Part shown: positions 13,593 to 27,231 of the stretch, piece by piece
How positions within the stretch are numbered: position 1 is the stretch's first letter
Layout: the number at the start of each line of letters is the position of its first letter
NCBI RefSeq assembly: GCF_964194155.1
Contig: NC_135891.1
Location: 24,676,001 to 24,740,000, forward strand
Origin: Cetorhinus maximus
Taxonomy: Eukaryota
Direction: 5' to 3'
DNA length: 64,000 nt
The notes under the pieces: model-generated
Databases searched by the model: none
What the model saw: only the letters and a program-made list of their open reading frames with translations
Told to the model about the DNA's origin: nothing
Program-made: the position numbers and the translations under genes

Positions 13593-14800
13593 GGCTGGGA
13601 TTTTCTGTGCCTGCCGGCATCGGACATGTTTGGAGGGGTGAACAGGCAATATGGCGCGATCGGTTTCACGACGGTGTGAAACCAGTTCACGATCGTCCGC
13701 TCAGCCTGCCGATGGCGAGCCGCGTTCACCACAATCGGATGTTGGGAACATCATTGTAATATATAAGCATATCATTATTTGGCCAGCACCCCCCACCCCC
13801 AAACTGGATCATCCACCCACATCGGCGGGAAAACCTGCCAACGTGTTTCACAACAGCACATAAGTGACGTGCACTTGAGGGGGGCTGCACTTAACTCAGG
13901 ATTTCAAGGTTTGTTTGCCTAACTTACTTTGGTCAGGACTCTCAGTCATCAACGCCAGGCTTCACAGACACCACCACATCACTTTTAGCGCGGCTCACGT
14001 GTAGGTCTCTATCTACCAGATCAGCGATGTGTGGGTGGCTTTTCAACGGCTGCAGAGCCAGGTCTTGAGGAAGGGGGAGAAGTGGCTTCAGGCAAGGGAA
14101 AAGGCTGCAGGACAAGATATGTACTGGAGAAGTACAGTAACCCAGGGTGTGTGGGGGGCACATGTTGATCTGTGCAAGTGACCTCAAGATGGTGATGCCT
14201 GAGGAGGCAGTCTCCAGAGGAGACGAGGCCAGATCGACATGTGAAGGCATGTGTGTGAGAATGGGTACTGATGTCCCTTGATCTGGCAGTGAGTGAGATG
14301 CCAGTGAATGTGTGATGGGCTTGCCTGTGTAAGTTTAGAGTGGTGAGATGGTTGCCATACCCTGGTTGCATGGATGAGATCATTCATCCTCTATCTGCAT
14401 TGGATGGCCAACCTCTTCCGTGCAGCATTGGCACTGATCACCACTGCCATCACTCAGCCAGAGCGGTAATGTAGTTGCCCCTGCTGCTGCCAGGGCAGGA
14501 ATAGAGGACATCACAGTGGGCCTCCACAATGCCCAAAAGGTGCTCGAGAGCTGCAGTCTTCTTGTCTTTCGGGTCCATGTTGCCTTTACTGCAGTCCTGG
14601 GCTGGAAGCAGTGAGGTGATGGCGTGGCAGGCAAATTGGAGCCTGCTCGCCATAGGAATGGCGTGTTTCCTGGGAATACATAATTAATGTGGTGGGTTTG
14701 GGATGATATGGCATGAAAACCCACCATTGCAGCCGGTGGGTAAAACCCCATTTGACCTGCCCACGACCGCAGTCAGTGCAACTCTGGGACAATTCCACCC
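13593..14800 (-). mobile_element. Internally deleted Harbinger element with Myb/SANT-like exon remnant (copy 1)
   Basis: TIRs ggctgggatttt / aattccaccc; TSD AAG; minus frames give MDPKDKKTAALEHLLGIVEAHCDVLY...MNDLIHATR; colinear with 39388-40635. Confidence 0.8.
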
Positions 14801-15022
14801 AAGGTCATGTGTCTTTTTTCAGTAAATGTTGAATAACACCAACTTGCGTTTCAAGATTTCATGGAATTACTTGAGGAAGGATAGTGAGTTCACCCGGTGT
14901 GCTGGCCAATTATCTTCCCTCAAACAATGTTACATCCTTTAAAACAAATTATTAGTTTCTTTCATCTCATTGCTAATTTATTGGGCCTCCTGCAAAACCA
15001 CATAATGCACTTTGGATTCATT

Positions 15023-15941
15023 GGCCCAAATCTTCCGGTCTCTGGATTTTTGGAAATGGCGTGTAAGTTGGGAGATTCACATCAGGACCCCACGGAAGTC
15101 CTGAAGCACAACCGTGGAGATTGCCTGAGAAATTTAAACTTCTGATGGACTGATTTCTGCTGCCCGGGACCTTTCATGAATGTCCCCGCCTTTGAGCTCA
15201 GGGCAAAACTTTGGATCAGATGCATGGGACTTCCTGCTTACCCAGGAAATGCTACATAGTTTAATACCTGGTCTAACTCAGTGTAACTCAACTGAGCAAT
15301 ACAACCAATCCCTCCAGTCACCACCCCTCTGAGCTGACTCGATTACGCCCCTGACCATACAACCAGACCTGATTTACCTCCACTGACCACCCGACATCCA
15401 CTCAACCACCTAACTATCTCACAGACCACCTGATTACCACTCCCAACCCGACCTGACTAACCCCCTGACCACTCAACAATCCCCGACCACCCGACTATCC
15501 CCTGACCACTCAAATGTCTTCCCCATCTCCCCAACTACCCACACACCCATCTGCCCACCTACTAACGCACTCACTCACCGCTTACCCACCTCACCCAACT
15601 CAGCCACTCACCCATCTACCCACTCTCAAATTCACTCACTCACTCACTCACTCATCCACTCATCCATTCACCAACTCACTCACTTATCAAAAGACTTGGA
15701 CCTTTAAAAACTTACCTGAATATGGCAGCCACTGTTGTGAAATGGTGGGGGAGGCATGTAGTTCCTTCTTCTGCCTCATTTGCGTCCAACTGTCTTCCCC
15801 TGGAGAGGCTGTGCTGACCTTTCAATATTTCGTCTGGGATTGGAAGATACGGCTGAAACATTGTAAAAGGGTCGGGTCATAGAAATCTTTGTGGGTAGCA
15901 TCAATGCACTCAGCTTCAACTCTGACTGCAAGATTTGGGCC
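15023..15941. mobile_element. Harbinger-type MITE with central C-rich low-complexity tract
   Basis: Perfect TIRs ggcccaaatctt / aagatttgggcc; TSD ATT; ccacccgact/cactcacc repeats about 15310-15685. Confidence 0.88.
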
Positions 15942-18900
15942 ATTGGTTGAAAAGCCATCCTTGGCGATATAGTAGGTAATGGTCCTCACTGAAACCTCAA
16001 GGACTCATGAAGAGCATCACAAGCCATAGGCTAATGAAGGGTTTACCCTATGTTTTAAAACTGTAAATTGGGATACACTAAAGAGCGCTTCTCCAGGTTT
16101 TTCCTATGGGCAGCCACCCATCCATGATTGCACTTTCCCTTCTGCCCTGCTTTCCCGCTGTCCCTCCCACGACTTAACCCGATGGCCACTGCCAGTGAAG
16201 CAAACAGCCTGAAAATGATCGTTAGTCAATTAAAATGGGCCATAAACAATTTTTACCCTGAGACACTGTATAAATGCAAGTTCTTTGTAATGCAAACAAC
16301 ACGCTGTGAATTAATTGGATTATAAGAAGTTCTTGGATATTTTTGGATAAACAAAACCCAACATGTTTTCAAGATGATCGTTAATATCAAATTATTTTTA
16401 TTAGGAAATAAATAATGCTACACTGATCTGTTTGAGTTCTTTCTCATTCACTATGCACTGTTGATAAAAGTGAATTTAAATGATGCAGTATTTTAATGCC
16501 ATTTGTTCAAAACAGTGCATGAAATTAAAACAAAAGAAAAACTACCTCATCGTATTCCGTCTTCTGTTATAGCTCAAACACAGTCTTTACAACTTTTCAG
16601 TTTCAGTGAAGATAGAACATTTTGTACAGTGCTTCAATCACAGCATGTGGGCTTATGCAATACCATCTCCTGCAGCGTTGCAATGTTATAAAGTAAATGG
16701 TATCAGCATGTAGCTTGGCATGTATTAAGAGTTTTCAATAATATTGCCATGTGACACAGAAAGTAGCAGTGTTGAGTAGCAATTACAAATGGTGTTGAAC
16801 ATTTTTTTTTCTGAATAGGTGGTCAAAAGTAATTTGAAAAACCTGTTTCCCAGTTTAAAGGTAAAGGCTTTATATAAGATCTTTGATATCATTTATGCAT
16901 CTAGCACACAGTCCAGTTGATTTTTGTGCTGCTTACACAGCTGATAGTCATCTGCAGAAGCAGCAATGATCTGCACTGTTCTCCTACTTTGACTATAGCT
17001 TGTTGAAACCCCAGCTGCAGGAAGCATAGTCCATGCCATCCATGGCACTCTGTCAATGATGAGCAAAATTTCTAGTAATTAGGCTCCTGTAGCAAGCTGT
17101 TAACCTTGGGGCAGCATCTGATTGTCTTCACTTAACTTCATATTATAACAATGTGCTTTGTCTAAAAACCCACAGAGACAAAAGAATTGCTGGTTTCCAG
17201 TGCATGCTTGGTAAGATCAGTTATGAGGTATTGGTACAGTTAATCAGCTGGGCCCACATATTGAATTTTATAGAAAAACGTAAGTGTTGAAATGCAAAAT
17301 AACACACCCATCTCTGAATTGAAAGGAAATGAACTCTTATTGTGCCAAAGCATACATTTCTTTTTCTAATTTGTAGAAACAAAAGCACCTAGATTGCACC
17401 CTATACAGTCTTTGCATTAAACGTCAGTATTTCTCAAACTATACTTTCTCAATACGCAAAAAAGACCCTTCATTTCTGAATAAACATGCAGAAAATAGAT
17501 TTTTGGCAAGGTTATCACCTAAACATTTCACAATGATCTGTAACAGGCAATGGCCATATCAATGAATAGTGGAAAAATTCAGTGTAGTACGTGTTGGATG
17601 TACGATTTCCATGTAATCATCCTCGATTATTTCTCTGTAACCTGGAAGTAACAATGTCGCGTTCGTTCAATGTCCTTCTGTGAACATCATTTCACTAGTT
17701 ACAATTGTCAGTATACCCCAGAACGCACAAGAACGAAAACAGTGCAAATGAGAAAAAAACTCAGTGCTGCAATTTGGAAACAAAAATTGCTGGAAATGCA
17801 GAGGGTGTTTGTTAACATCTATAAAACGAAAACTTTCTCCCAGAACCGAACCTTGAAAGCCTTAGTAAAAATTTTGAAAGGAAAAAGAAAAAGGAGTTAA
17901 AAAGATCAGTTCGTCCTCCCAAAGCTATATTAAAATATCATTTCCATCTGTGTCAATCATCGACCGCTGGTGCGAGTTTCAGATATTTTTATAAGCCAGC
18001 ATGCGAGCCACAGCAATTTTTTTAATTGCTGCAACAAAACTTCCGCAGATCCAGGAAGACCAAAATATTCGGGAGAGAAACTGAAATCTTTGGCATATAT
18101 TACACACTGCAGATAGGAGGGACTGATTTTACAGCTGTAACCTAATCCTGGTACTCAGATAGCTTTATCAATCATGAGACTAAGTTCTATTTATTATCTG
18201 AAATGCCAAGGTTAGATAACAGCCTTGCAATCATTCTAAGTGTAATTGAGAGAAGGGTGGGTGGGAGCAGCTGTCGACTCACCAATCAACTATTTTAGCA
18301 CATTCTGGGCTGCTTTCTGAGCTTTGACTAGAGTACTGGACACAATCACTTTATTACGGTCAGCGCTCTTGGTGAAGTAAACAATCCAGCTCCCTCAGCG
18401 TCTATTGATGCCTACAGTCCAGCAGGGGGTGTCACTGGATTTTGACCAGGTGGTGGAACCGTGGCTTACTTCCTTTTCTTGCCTCTGGCCAAGTTGCACC
18501 AAGTCCAAATATGGTTTACTTTCATCACAGCAGCTAATTCAGCACAGATGGGTCACTGAAACTGTAATCTTTCTATCATAGGGAAGTGGTTAAATTATAA
18601 CAGCTGGAATCACATTAAGTAACATTTACAGCTACAGCTGCTACTGGCCTATATTACTGCTTTCTCTGGCTGAGCTCAGTGAAGAGGGGACAGAGCGTGC
18701 AACCTGACTGTATCTGCAGTTTTTTCTCAGATTGTACTGTGCACTTTCAAACTAAAAGTGTACTCAGGTTCCTTTCCCTAACTTTGCTAGACATGGGCAT
18801 ATAATTGGCAAATGAGCTCCAACATAGAGAAGTGCAAGGTATATAGTAAAAAAAAAAATAGGAAGCCACATACCCTTTGGAAAATAAGCCTCTAAATTGG

Positions 18901-20365
18901 GTAGAAAAATGGACTTCCTTGGGATAAGAAATGGCTCCCAGTCATATAAAATATTTTTGTTCCTTACATTAACATTTATTTCACCTTATAATTTTGCTAT
19001 TTTGGACTAATCTTGCCCATGACAGGCATATATTAATGTACAAAATCATGCAAGGGTTACTTTCATTTGGATGCTGGAAAGTAATTGCAGTTTGTGGTCT
19101 GGTGAGGAGGTGCTAAGTTGAGCTGAGAACATTTGTGAGGTTTGGGGGTTGCGGAGCAGGTACTATTAGTAGCAAATCTCGTAGTCATTTACAGTACAAA
19201 AAAAGCTTTTGTCGAATTATATATAATGAAGATAATACATAGGAGAAATTTGATACCCCAAGGGCATTTTGAATGTATTCTGTTCACACAATATTTAAGA
19301 AAGACCAAACCCACATGTACTTCAATGCTGTTTATTGACTAAATGGCAGCTACCAGTACTAACACAGAAAGAAACAAATGCTGCAGCAGTGTCTCCGTCA
19401 GCTTGGATTCCAACAATAGTACTGCTGTCCTTATTTGTGAGATATTTGGCAGGGATAGGTGCAAGGAAGCAGTGTAAAGAGAACGATTTATGAGCTCGAA
19501 ACCACCTCCTAGGGATCCGCACTGGGCTGAATTGAGGAAAGAGAGAGCCTAAAACCTTGAACACAGCAAAAGACGCAGACTGCATGGAGATTCTTCAGGC
19601 AAAAGCCTGAAGAATCCACTTGGGTTTGATAGAAGTTCTGCCCAGTAGTTGCCACCACAATGATATTTTCCAAAATATATGATTTTTTTCCTGTCTACAA
19701 TTAGGAAGGATAAACTATTCATTATACCTTGACTCTATGACATCACAGAGTCAATATCTGGGCATTAATTTTATCAATTGAAGTACATACAGGTGGAGAT
19801 ATTGATTGGATGGTTACTTGAGCACATATGAAGAGACACTTAGTGACACAGGAGTAGAGTGGAGTGAGGAGATATATACCTGTAATGTTTCACTCTGCAA
19901 ATAAACCTATTTCTCCTTCACCAACTGGCTATCTGGAGTATAACACCAGTGCCAACAGCCTGTGTTACAAACTCCATTTATTTGCACTTTTTCTCTCAGT
20001 CAAATTGAAATAAAAACTTCTTGCAAACCGGGAACGTATCACTTGCATAAGCAAACATATTTGCATAACTGCTTTGGGCTGATTGCCTGAGGAACACAGT
20101 GAAGTAGTGCTCTGAGGTGTCTCACTGCTTCAAAGAGTTGATTTAACTCTCATTAGAAGAATAAGTCCTGGTGCATCTCTCAGTACACAATTCTCATGCA
20201 ATCTAGAGAGCACATCTTCTGCATTAACATTAGCAGTTTTCAGTTAAGATAAAGATTGTAACTTTGCAAAGCGCTTGGGAAAACCCGGACATGAAAAAGG
20301 TCGATATAAATTCCAGTTTTTCTTCTTGTTGGAATGTTTAACACTTCCAAGCACAAAAGTTTAAG

Positions 20366-20710
20366 CTGACACTCCAGTGCAGTGCTGAGAGAGTATTGCA
20401 CCATCAGAGGTGCCATGTATCAGAAACATTAAATTAAGACCCCATTTCCCCCTCAGGTGGCAGTGAAAGATCCCAAGTCACTATTTTAAAGAAGAGTGGG
20501 GGAGATATCCCTGATATCCTGGCTAATATTTATCCCTCGATCACCAAAATAGTTTATCTGGTCATTATCACTTTATTGTTGTGGGATCTTAATGTGCACA
20601 AATTATTTGCTGAATTACCTACATTGCAAAAGCGACTGTACTTCAAAATTACTTAATTGGCTGTAAAGCACTTTGGGGCTTCCTGAGCTCATGAAATGCA
20701 AGCCTTTCTT
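20366..20710 (+). mobile_element. DeuSINE (SacSINE1/AmnSINE1-like) remnant
   Basis: Deu-domain-like core aaagatcccaagtcactattttaaagaagag...tcctggctaatatttatccctc and L2-like tail ggctgtaaagcactttggg. Confidence 0.7.
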
Positions 20711-20815
20711 GTTTTCTACTGGATTCATATATGTACTTTTTTTGCACAGATATTAGCTTGAGTTAGCTTAGGTAAAAATATTGCACTCAAATATAGTATG
20801 AGTGTGTTAAGTGTT

Positions 20816-21050
20816 TGTAGTAATTATAGTTTTGATAAACGTAGGACTGTAGCTTTAAGAGTAGTCCTACGTTGTAAGATCACATGATCTGTGTAAACCA
20901 ATCAGTTAGCAGCATGGGGAACCTCTAGTGGAGAGTTCTTCTTTAGTTACAGAGTTAGATGCACATATGTGGCTGCTGCTGCTGCTCTCTTGGAAATAAA
21001 GTTCAATGTTTCCACCAAGAAAAGTTGCCTGGACAGTTGACTCTATAACA
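20816..21050 (+). mobile_element. Solo LTR (235 bp)
   Basis: TGTAG...TAACA termini, perfect 5-bp TSD GTGTT, AATAAA near 20995. Confidence 0.85.
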
Positions 21051-21299
21051 GTGTTCAAACATGAACTTTGCCAATTGGAGGTTCTACTCGAATTCTGCCC
21101 TTCTGTGGTGCAGTTGCTGAAGTTTTGCACAAGCTGGCATTTGCTCTGGCATGGTCAGAGTTCTTCTTGTCTTCAGAAGTAACTTGAAGGTTCATCTTCA
21201 GTGAGAAATCAGGTGAAAGAAATCTAAAGCCATCTAAGGAGCCGATCATCATTTTTTTCCCCTCTTTTTAAGTCATCTATTTTCTGCTTTTCAAATTTA

Positions 21300-22745
21300 C
21301 AAAACATTTCACAGTATCTGCAGCACAGAAATAGACCATTCGCCCAAACTGGTCCAGGCTGGTTTATTCTCCCACCCTACTTCCCCTCACCCTATCACCG
21401 TTTCCTTCTATTCCTTTCTCCCTCGTGTTTATCTAGCTTTCCCTTCAATGCATCTGTGCTAGTCACCCCAACCACCAGGGAGTGAGTTCCACATTCTAAT
21501 TATTCTTTGGATATAGAGGTTTACCCTAAATTCTCTGTTAGATTTATTGGTGACTATGGGCTGAATCTTCCTGGAAGGGCAATTACATTGGATTGCCACT
21601 TGGCACCTTTTTACTTACCTTAGTCTGGAGCTGCATATTTCTCGCCTGGACTTCTGACGCGGGCCTGCTGAGCAATGTGCAATGCAGCTGCTCCTGAAGG
21701 TCTTCAGTGCAGGGCAGCAACATCAGGGGAAGTAAAGCCTTTTTATGGCACTAACTGCTGTAAACCAGTAAGTTTAAAGGTCCCAGCCACTTAGATAAGC
21801 CAGGGAGAAGGTAAGTGTGTTAGGTAAGTGGGTGAGGGGCTAGGGTGGGTCAGGGGGGGTCGAGGCAGTTGGGGGGTTAGGGGAATGGGTGGTCGGGCGG
21901 AGGTGTCAGGTGGTTGGTGGGGTTGTCAGTTTGTGGGGGGGTGGTCGAGTGGTCAGGTGGGTGTAGGTGGGATTGGGTGGTCAGGGGAGATAGTCCGGAG
22001 ATGGGGGTTCGGGTAGCCAGGGGTATTAGTCTGGGGAGGGAGGGAGCGGGGGGTGGGGAGTCTTCGGGTGGCCAGGGGTGGGTTGGGTGCTTGAGGGGTA
22101 GTCAAGAAGGGGGAAGGGTCCGGTGGTCAGTCAGTCAGGAGGTTGGAGGTGAGCACTGTCTAGGCTGGGGTGAGGTGAGTAATGTCTGGCAGGTGGGAGG
22201 GGTTAGCCCTGTCCGCAGCAGAGGGTGGTGGGTGGGGAGGGGGTGGTTGTTGAGCATTGTCAGGAATGGGGGGTGAACATTGCTTTGACACTCAGCTGAT
22301 TTATTTAGACTATTGTTGATTTTATATCTGCTATGAAAAGCTCTACATAAATCCACATAAAAACCAGGATAGGTATAGGGCAAACAGCCCAAGTCTGCGT
22401 GGTTCTGGCCAATCATGGAGCAATCCAGGCAGGGTAAAACCAATAATCGGAAGCTTAAACTTTCTGCGTAAGTACCAGGGAGGTGCTTGCGTTGGGACTT
22501 CGAATGGGCCTCATGTGTATCTTTCAGGATGTCTTCGGTCTCCGACAATCCAAAGACAGGAAGTTCTGGGCCTATGTTTTATTTATGGCCCCTAGTTCTG
22601 GTCTCACCCACAAGTGGAAGCATCTCTATGTCTACTCTATTAAACCTTTCCATAATCTTCAAGGTTTATATTAGGTTCTCCTCAGTGTTGCCCCAGCCTG
22701 TTCAATTTTTCCTGATAGTCATAACCTCTTGGTTCTGGTATCAGA
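21300..22745 (-). mobile_element. CR1 3' fragment split by the MITE at 21558-22572
   Basis: Reverse-complement CR1 3' UTR at 21300-21557 continues into C-terminal ORF2 sequence at 22573-22745. Confidence 0.7.
21558..22572. mobile_element. Harbinger-type MITE with central G-rich tract
   Basis: TIRs gggctgaatctt / aagttctgggcc; TSD TAT; left arm homologous to 29133-29400 and 63440 onward. Confidence 0.8.
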
Positions 22746-23089
22746 ATGCATTTGATTAAAGCAGGATGTTTTAAGTGAAAATCTCCATTTGAAAGTAAAG
22801 TCCAGTGCACTAGGCCACATCAATTAGCTCTTACACATATGGTAAAATTAATCAGGTAGAAAAAGTAAATTAAATCAATCATGTAGACATGATGTTAATA
22901 ATAGGTTTAATTAATTTATCGACATTTTTGGTCCTGTGATGATGGACACAGTGTAATTGTGAATGAACGTGTGATATGGATTTAAAATGCTTGTGGTTGA
23001 GAATATTCTCTTCAAGGGCCCTCCAAATTGGGGTTAGTATGTACAACACCAGTGACTGACCCTGGCTGGGAACAGAAAAGTTAAAATTC

Positions 23090-23476
23090 GGGGGAGACGG
23101 TGGCATCGCTGGACTAGTAATCCAGAGACCCAGGCTAATGCTTTGAGAACATGGGTTCGAATCCTACCATGGCAGCTGGTGGAATTTGAATATAATTAAT
23201 AAATCTGGAATATAAAGTGAGTCTCAGCAATGGTGGCCGTGAAATTATCATTGATTGTCATAAAAATCTATCTGGTTTACTAATGCCCTTTAGGGAAGGA
23301 AATCTCCTGTCCTTACCTGGTCTGGTCTACATGTGATTCCAGACCACATAACAATGTGGTTGATTCTTAACAGCCCTCTGAAATGGCCTAGCAAGCCAAC
23401 TCAGGCCAAGGGTAATTAGGGATGGGCAACAAATGCTGGCCTTGCCAGCGATGCCCACATCCCATGAAAGAATAAA
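23090..23476 (+). mobile_element. tRNA-derived SINE with CR1-clade LINE tail
   Basis: B box ggttcgaatcc; 3' tail gggtaattagggatgggcaacaaatgctggccttgccagcgatgcccacatcccatgaaagaataaa shared with the LINE end at 34345-34415; second copy at 36980-37314. Confidence 0.85.
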
Positions 23477-23921
23477 GAAGATAAAACTCCTAGTGGCAAA
23501 TGTTGCTGCAGGCAGAAGTTAAAATTCCCTGTGTGAAAGTGGAGCTAAAATCTTTAGTGGTGATTCTTTCAGCCACCATCAAACTTGCAAAGACCAGTTT
23601 CAAGCTGCGTTACATGTTTACTGGCTCAACCAGTGCTGCCCTCTTCTGATCTACAGATGCTACTCCAGCTGCTAGTTAATTTGAAGTAGAGTTCAAATAA
23701 CAGGATTACAATGAACACTTTTTAAAAAAAAGTGAAAGACTTTATACAGAATCTATTATTATTACGTGCAGTGATCTATTATTATTATGTGCAAATTATG
23801 TGCAGTGATAGTGCACAGTGTATTATTTGAGCAGCATTGCTCAATGCTAGTATTTATTGCACAAGAAACAGTGGGTAGAAAGAGACTGCATTACAACCCT
23901 GGCAGCCTCTCATGTCAGGAG

Positions 23922-26900
23922 TGTTGTGTTGTTATAATGATACAAAGGCACCAATCGCTCATAAGGGATTGGGTAACCATCTTGTGAATCCATTTATTTA
24001 AACTAGGCACATGAGAATAGATATACATGGATCGAAAGCCTGAAGACATCAACAGCAGAGCTGTGGGTATGTGTGCGTGTGCAGTCTGCTCAAAAGCAAA
24101 AGTGAAACTAAGGCTGGATCACCTGGCACACTTCCTTTCTAGCAATAGCATGCTGTTATCCATTAAAGGTATATTACAACATCCCCCTTTCTTTTTAAAT
24201 ATACTTTTCCCCCTTCCAAAGAAGTACAACTATTTATAATACATGTTCATGTTTAGTTACCATTGCATGAGTGTATAGAACTGATGAATTAATGAGTCTC
24301 TAAAACCTAGTGGTAATCTGCTGGTACACCCGGATCCTGTAATGGTAACCGTGTCTGGAGGTTTCTTTAGCTGCTCAGTGATCTGTGGGGTTTTCGTTCT
24401 TGGATGTTGCTCCTGGTTGCATTTGGGATCCTGTCTTCGATGCAACAGGACTGCACTGTGGTTGAGGAGCTGGAGTGGATCTGATTTGTCCTAAGTTATG
24501 CCTCATGTGGTGCCTTTGTGTGTAATGACTTCATATGACCTTGCTTCTGAACAAATCCTTGCCACCTCGGCTGGTTGCCACAAGCTTTTTGTGGGATCCT
24601 GGATGTGGCCTTGTTGTCCCAATTGTAAATTTGGCAATTCTGTACCCGCATTTTTCTAGTGCAAGTTGGTTATCCTCCCTTTCAGCTTCAACAGTTGCTC
24701 TCTAGTTTCTGAGCAAGTAGAATGGGTAAGAGTAGGTAAATTGGTATGCACTGGTCTACCAAACATGAGCTCTGTGATGAAATAATTGTACTTAAAGGTG
24801 TAGGTCCAAGATGTAACATTGCAATGTGTAGAAATTGCTTGGTCTGTCTACATTTGTGAATTAGTGATTTCACCACGTGAATCATTTATTCAGTTAGGCC
24901 ATTAGATTTAGGGTAATGAGGAGAAGAAGTAGTATCATCGATATTCCACTTCTACACACATCCTGAAATGGCTTACTAATAAATTGCAGACCGAAATCTC
25001 TCTAGGCATTGAATAAACTTAAAATAGTACTTAGTGTGCATGACAGTTGTGCTTGACGTATTCTGCAATTGCTAATTAATGGGGTACTTAGTAAAGCAGT
25101 TGACGATGACAATGAAGTCAGTGACATAGACATGATAGAGGTCGGGTGCAAATTTGAACTTTGGATGGGTAGGAAATTCATGTGGAATCAGTGGTGCTTT
25201 GTGCTGACTTGGCGTATGTTCTTGACATGCCTTGCACTTCTTGACAATGACTTCAATGTCACTGTACATAATCGGCGACTAGACTGTCTCTCTTCTGAGT
25301 CTCCTCATCTCATCAATGTCCATGTGTATGATGAAGCTGTTGAAGAATATCAGGTCTCAAAGATTCCAGCATCATGACTTCCTACCTTTAAAAATGACTC
25401 CCTGGGAGATGCCATCTCATCCTGAAATGGCCAAAATGGTTTCATGTTTGTGGGCATGCTGAATTGAATCAGGCATTCCATAAGTTTCTGCAGGGTGGAA
25501 TCTTTTGCCATTTCTTCTTGTAACTGCTGGCATTTGCATTGTGTAAAATGTATTAGATCAATTGACGGACTTGCATTCCCCTGCAAGCGTAACGTTGCAG
25601 CTCCTTTGTAACTGCCAATTTTGTTGAAACATCCTGGAAAGTTTGGTCCTCAGTAATGAACTGAGGCGATGGGAATAGATTCTGAGGTTGATATGCTGTG
25701 TTGAGGTCTGACAGATTCCATCGATTCTAACTAGTACAATGTCACAGCATGCCTTTAGCCTACATGATGTAGAACATCTGTGATACCCAGGGGGATTGAT
25801 TCTACTTGCACCCCAGGACTATGGATCATGCACATGGAATAAGTGAACCATTGTACGCTTAGTGTTTCACAGTAGCAGGCTTTGCCATGACCCTCCATGT
25901 CTGTGGATACATGTCTTTCAGAATCCACAGAGGTAGTATGTTGGCACTTGCCTCATGCCAATCTTGACCAATAATAAGTTGTTACAAACTTTTTTAGGGC
26001 AGATAATTTAGAGTTGGCAAACACTTCGGACGGTGTGATGGCACCTAGGTTTTCCACGAGATTGATGTGGAAACCGCTCTTCATCTTGTCATATACATCA
26101 TTGTTGTTTTCTGGTTTGTCAGTCACCTCATATATATTTCTGATGGGATACTGCCGGTCATTCTTATTGCTTGAAGGTATAGCATAGACTGTTGTGTGTG
26201 CTCTGTTTGTATCAGTGCAAGGCTCTTTGAAGCTCAATTAGCCTTTGCTCTAGTGCACTGCCACTGCCAAGAGCCCTTTTTGCCCCGCGCCTTACAGAAT
26301 TGAAGGAAAGCTGGGCATTTCCTTCGTGCATGCAGAAGGCCACGCCTTCCACATGTTTTGCTAAGTTTTGGTGTTCTAGTAAGTGCATCAACTGTGGGGT
26401 TGTACTTAGGACCTGTAAGCTTTGTTGACCTGTGAAAATCATTTCATGCTTATATTCATTATTGAATAGCTCTTCAATGCTATATGTTTTGGTCTTGTCT
26501 AGCAAGACTTTCTGGAATGCTTCCATTAGAGTGGATGTGATCAGCAACTCAACAAATCTGTCTGCTGGCTCTGAACTTGAAAAATCGCAATACATACCTT
26601 TTTCTCTGCATTTGCTGATAAAGTGGTCTGTGGATTCTGTAAGGCTGTTGCCAAAATGACATGACTTCTAATTGATGAATACAGAAGTTTAACCTCATTT
26701 TGATCCAGTCTTCCAATATAGTCCATATCTTTTGGGGATCCTTTAGCTTTTCTTCTGTTAATCCTGACACATTCAGTCTATGTAGACCTTCTTTCCCAAT
26801 TGCTAGGAGAATTTTTATGGCTTGATTGTCCGGTTCAGACACACCTGAATCAAGAAATCATAGCTTTCTACGCTGTTTAAAATTTTTGAATTTGATTAGT

Positions 26901-27231
26901 AGGTCAGCTGCATCCCAATTCAAGCTGGGAAATTTTGTGGACATTCTGACAATATGCCTTTAACCTTCTTTCTTCTGTAGAACCTGGGATGAATGTCGCC
27001 ATCGACGCCTTAGCACGCTTTTCCAAAGCTCCATCCATTATAATCACAACCTTAAACTAGGCACATGAGATCAGATATACAGAGATAGAAAGCTAGAAGA
27101 CATCAGCAGCAAAGCTGTGTGTTTATGTGTGTGCTCTGCTCAAAAGCAAAAGTGAAACTTGGACTGGATCGCATGACACACTTTCCTTTTAGTGATATCA
27201 TGCTGCCATCCCTTAAAGTCAGTTCACAACA
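23922..27231 (-). mobile_element. Gypsy LTR retrotransposon, deleted and decayed
   Basis: LTR copies 23922-24181 and about 27052-27231 (partial); 5-bp TSD AGGAG/AGAAG; PPT (tccccctttct on +) at 24182; gag, protease and integrase remnants (CKACQEH, PLIPHEFPTHP, IVNCFTKYP). Confidence 0.9.

Noticed and set aside
21055-21252. Minus-strand ORF between solo LTR and CR1
   Set aside because: Short, no recognisable motif, no convincing donor site
21828-22548. Gly/Trp-rich and Pro/Thr/His-rich ORFs (also 15514-15882, 33493-33684, 63651-63956)
   Set aside because: By-products of G/C-rich low-complexity MITE cores
23090-23170. tRNA gene
   Set aside because: B box present but A box region partly deleted, no cloverleaf, continues into SINE body and LINE tail
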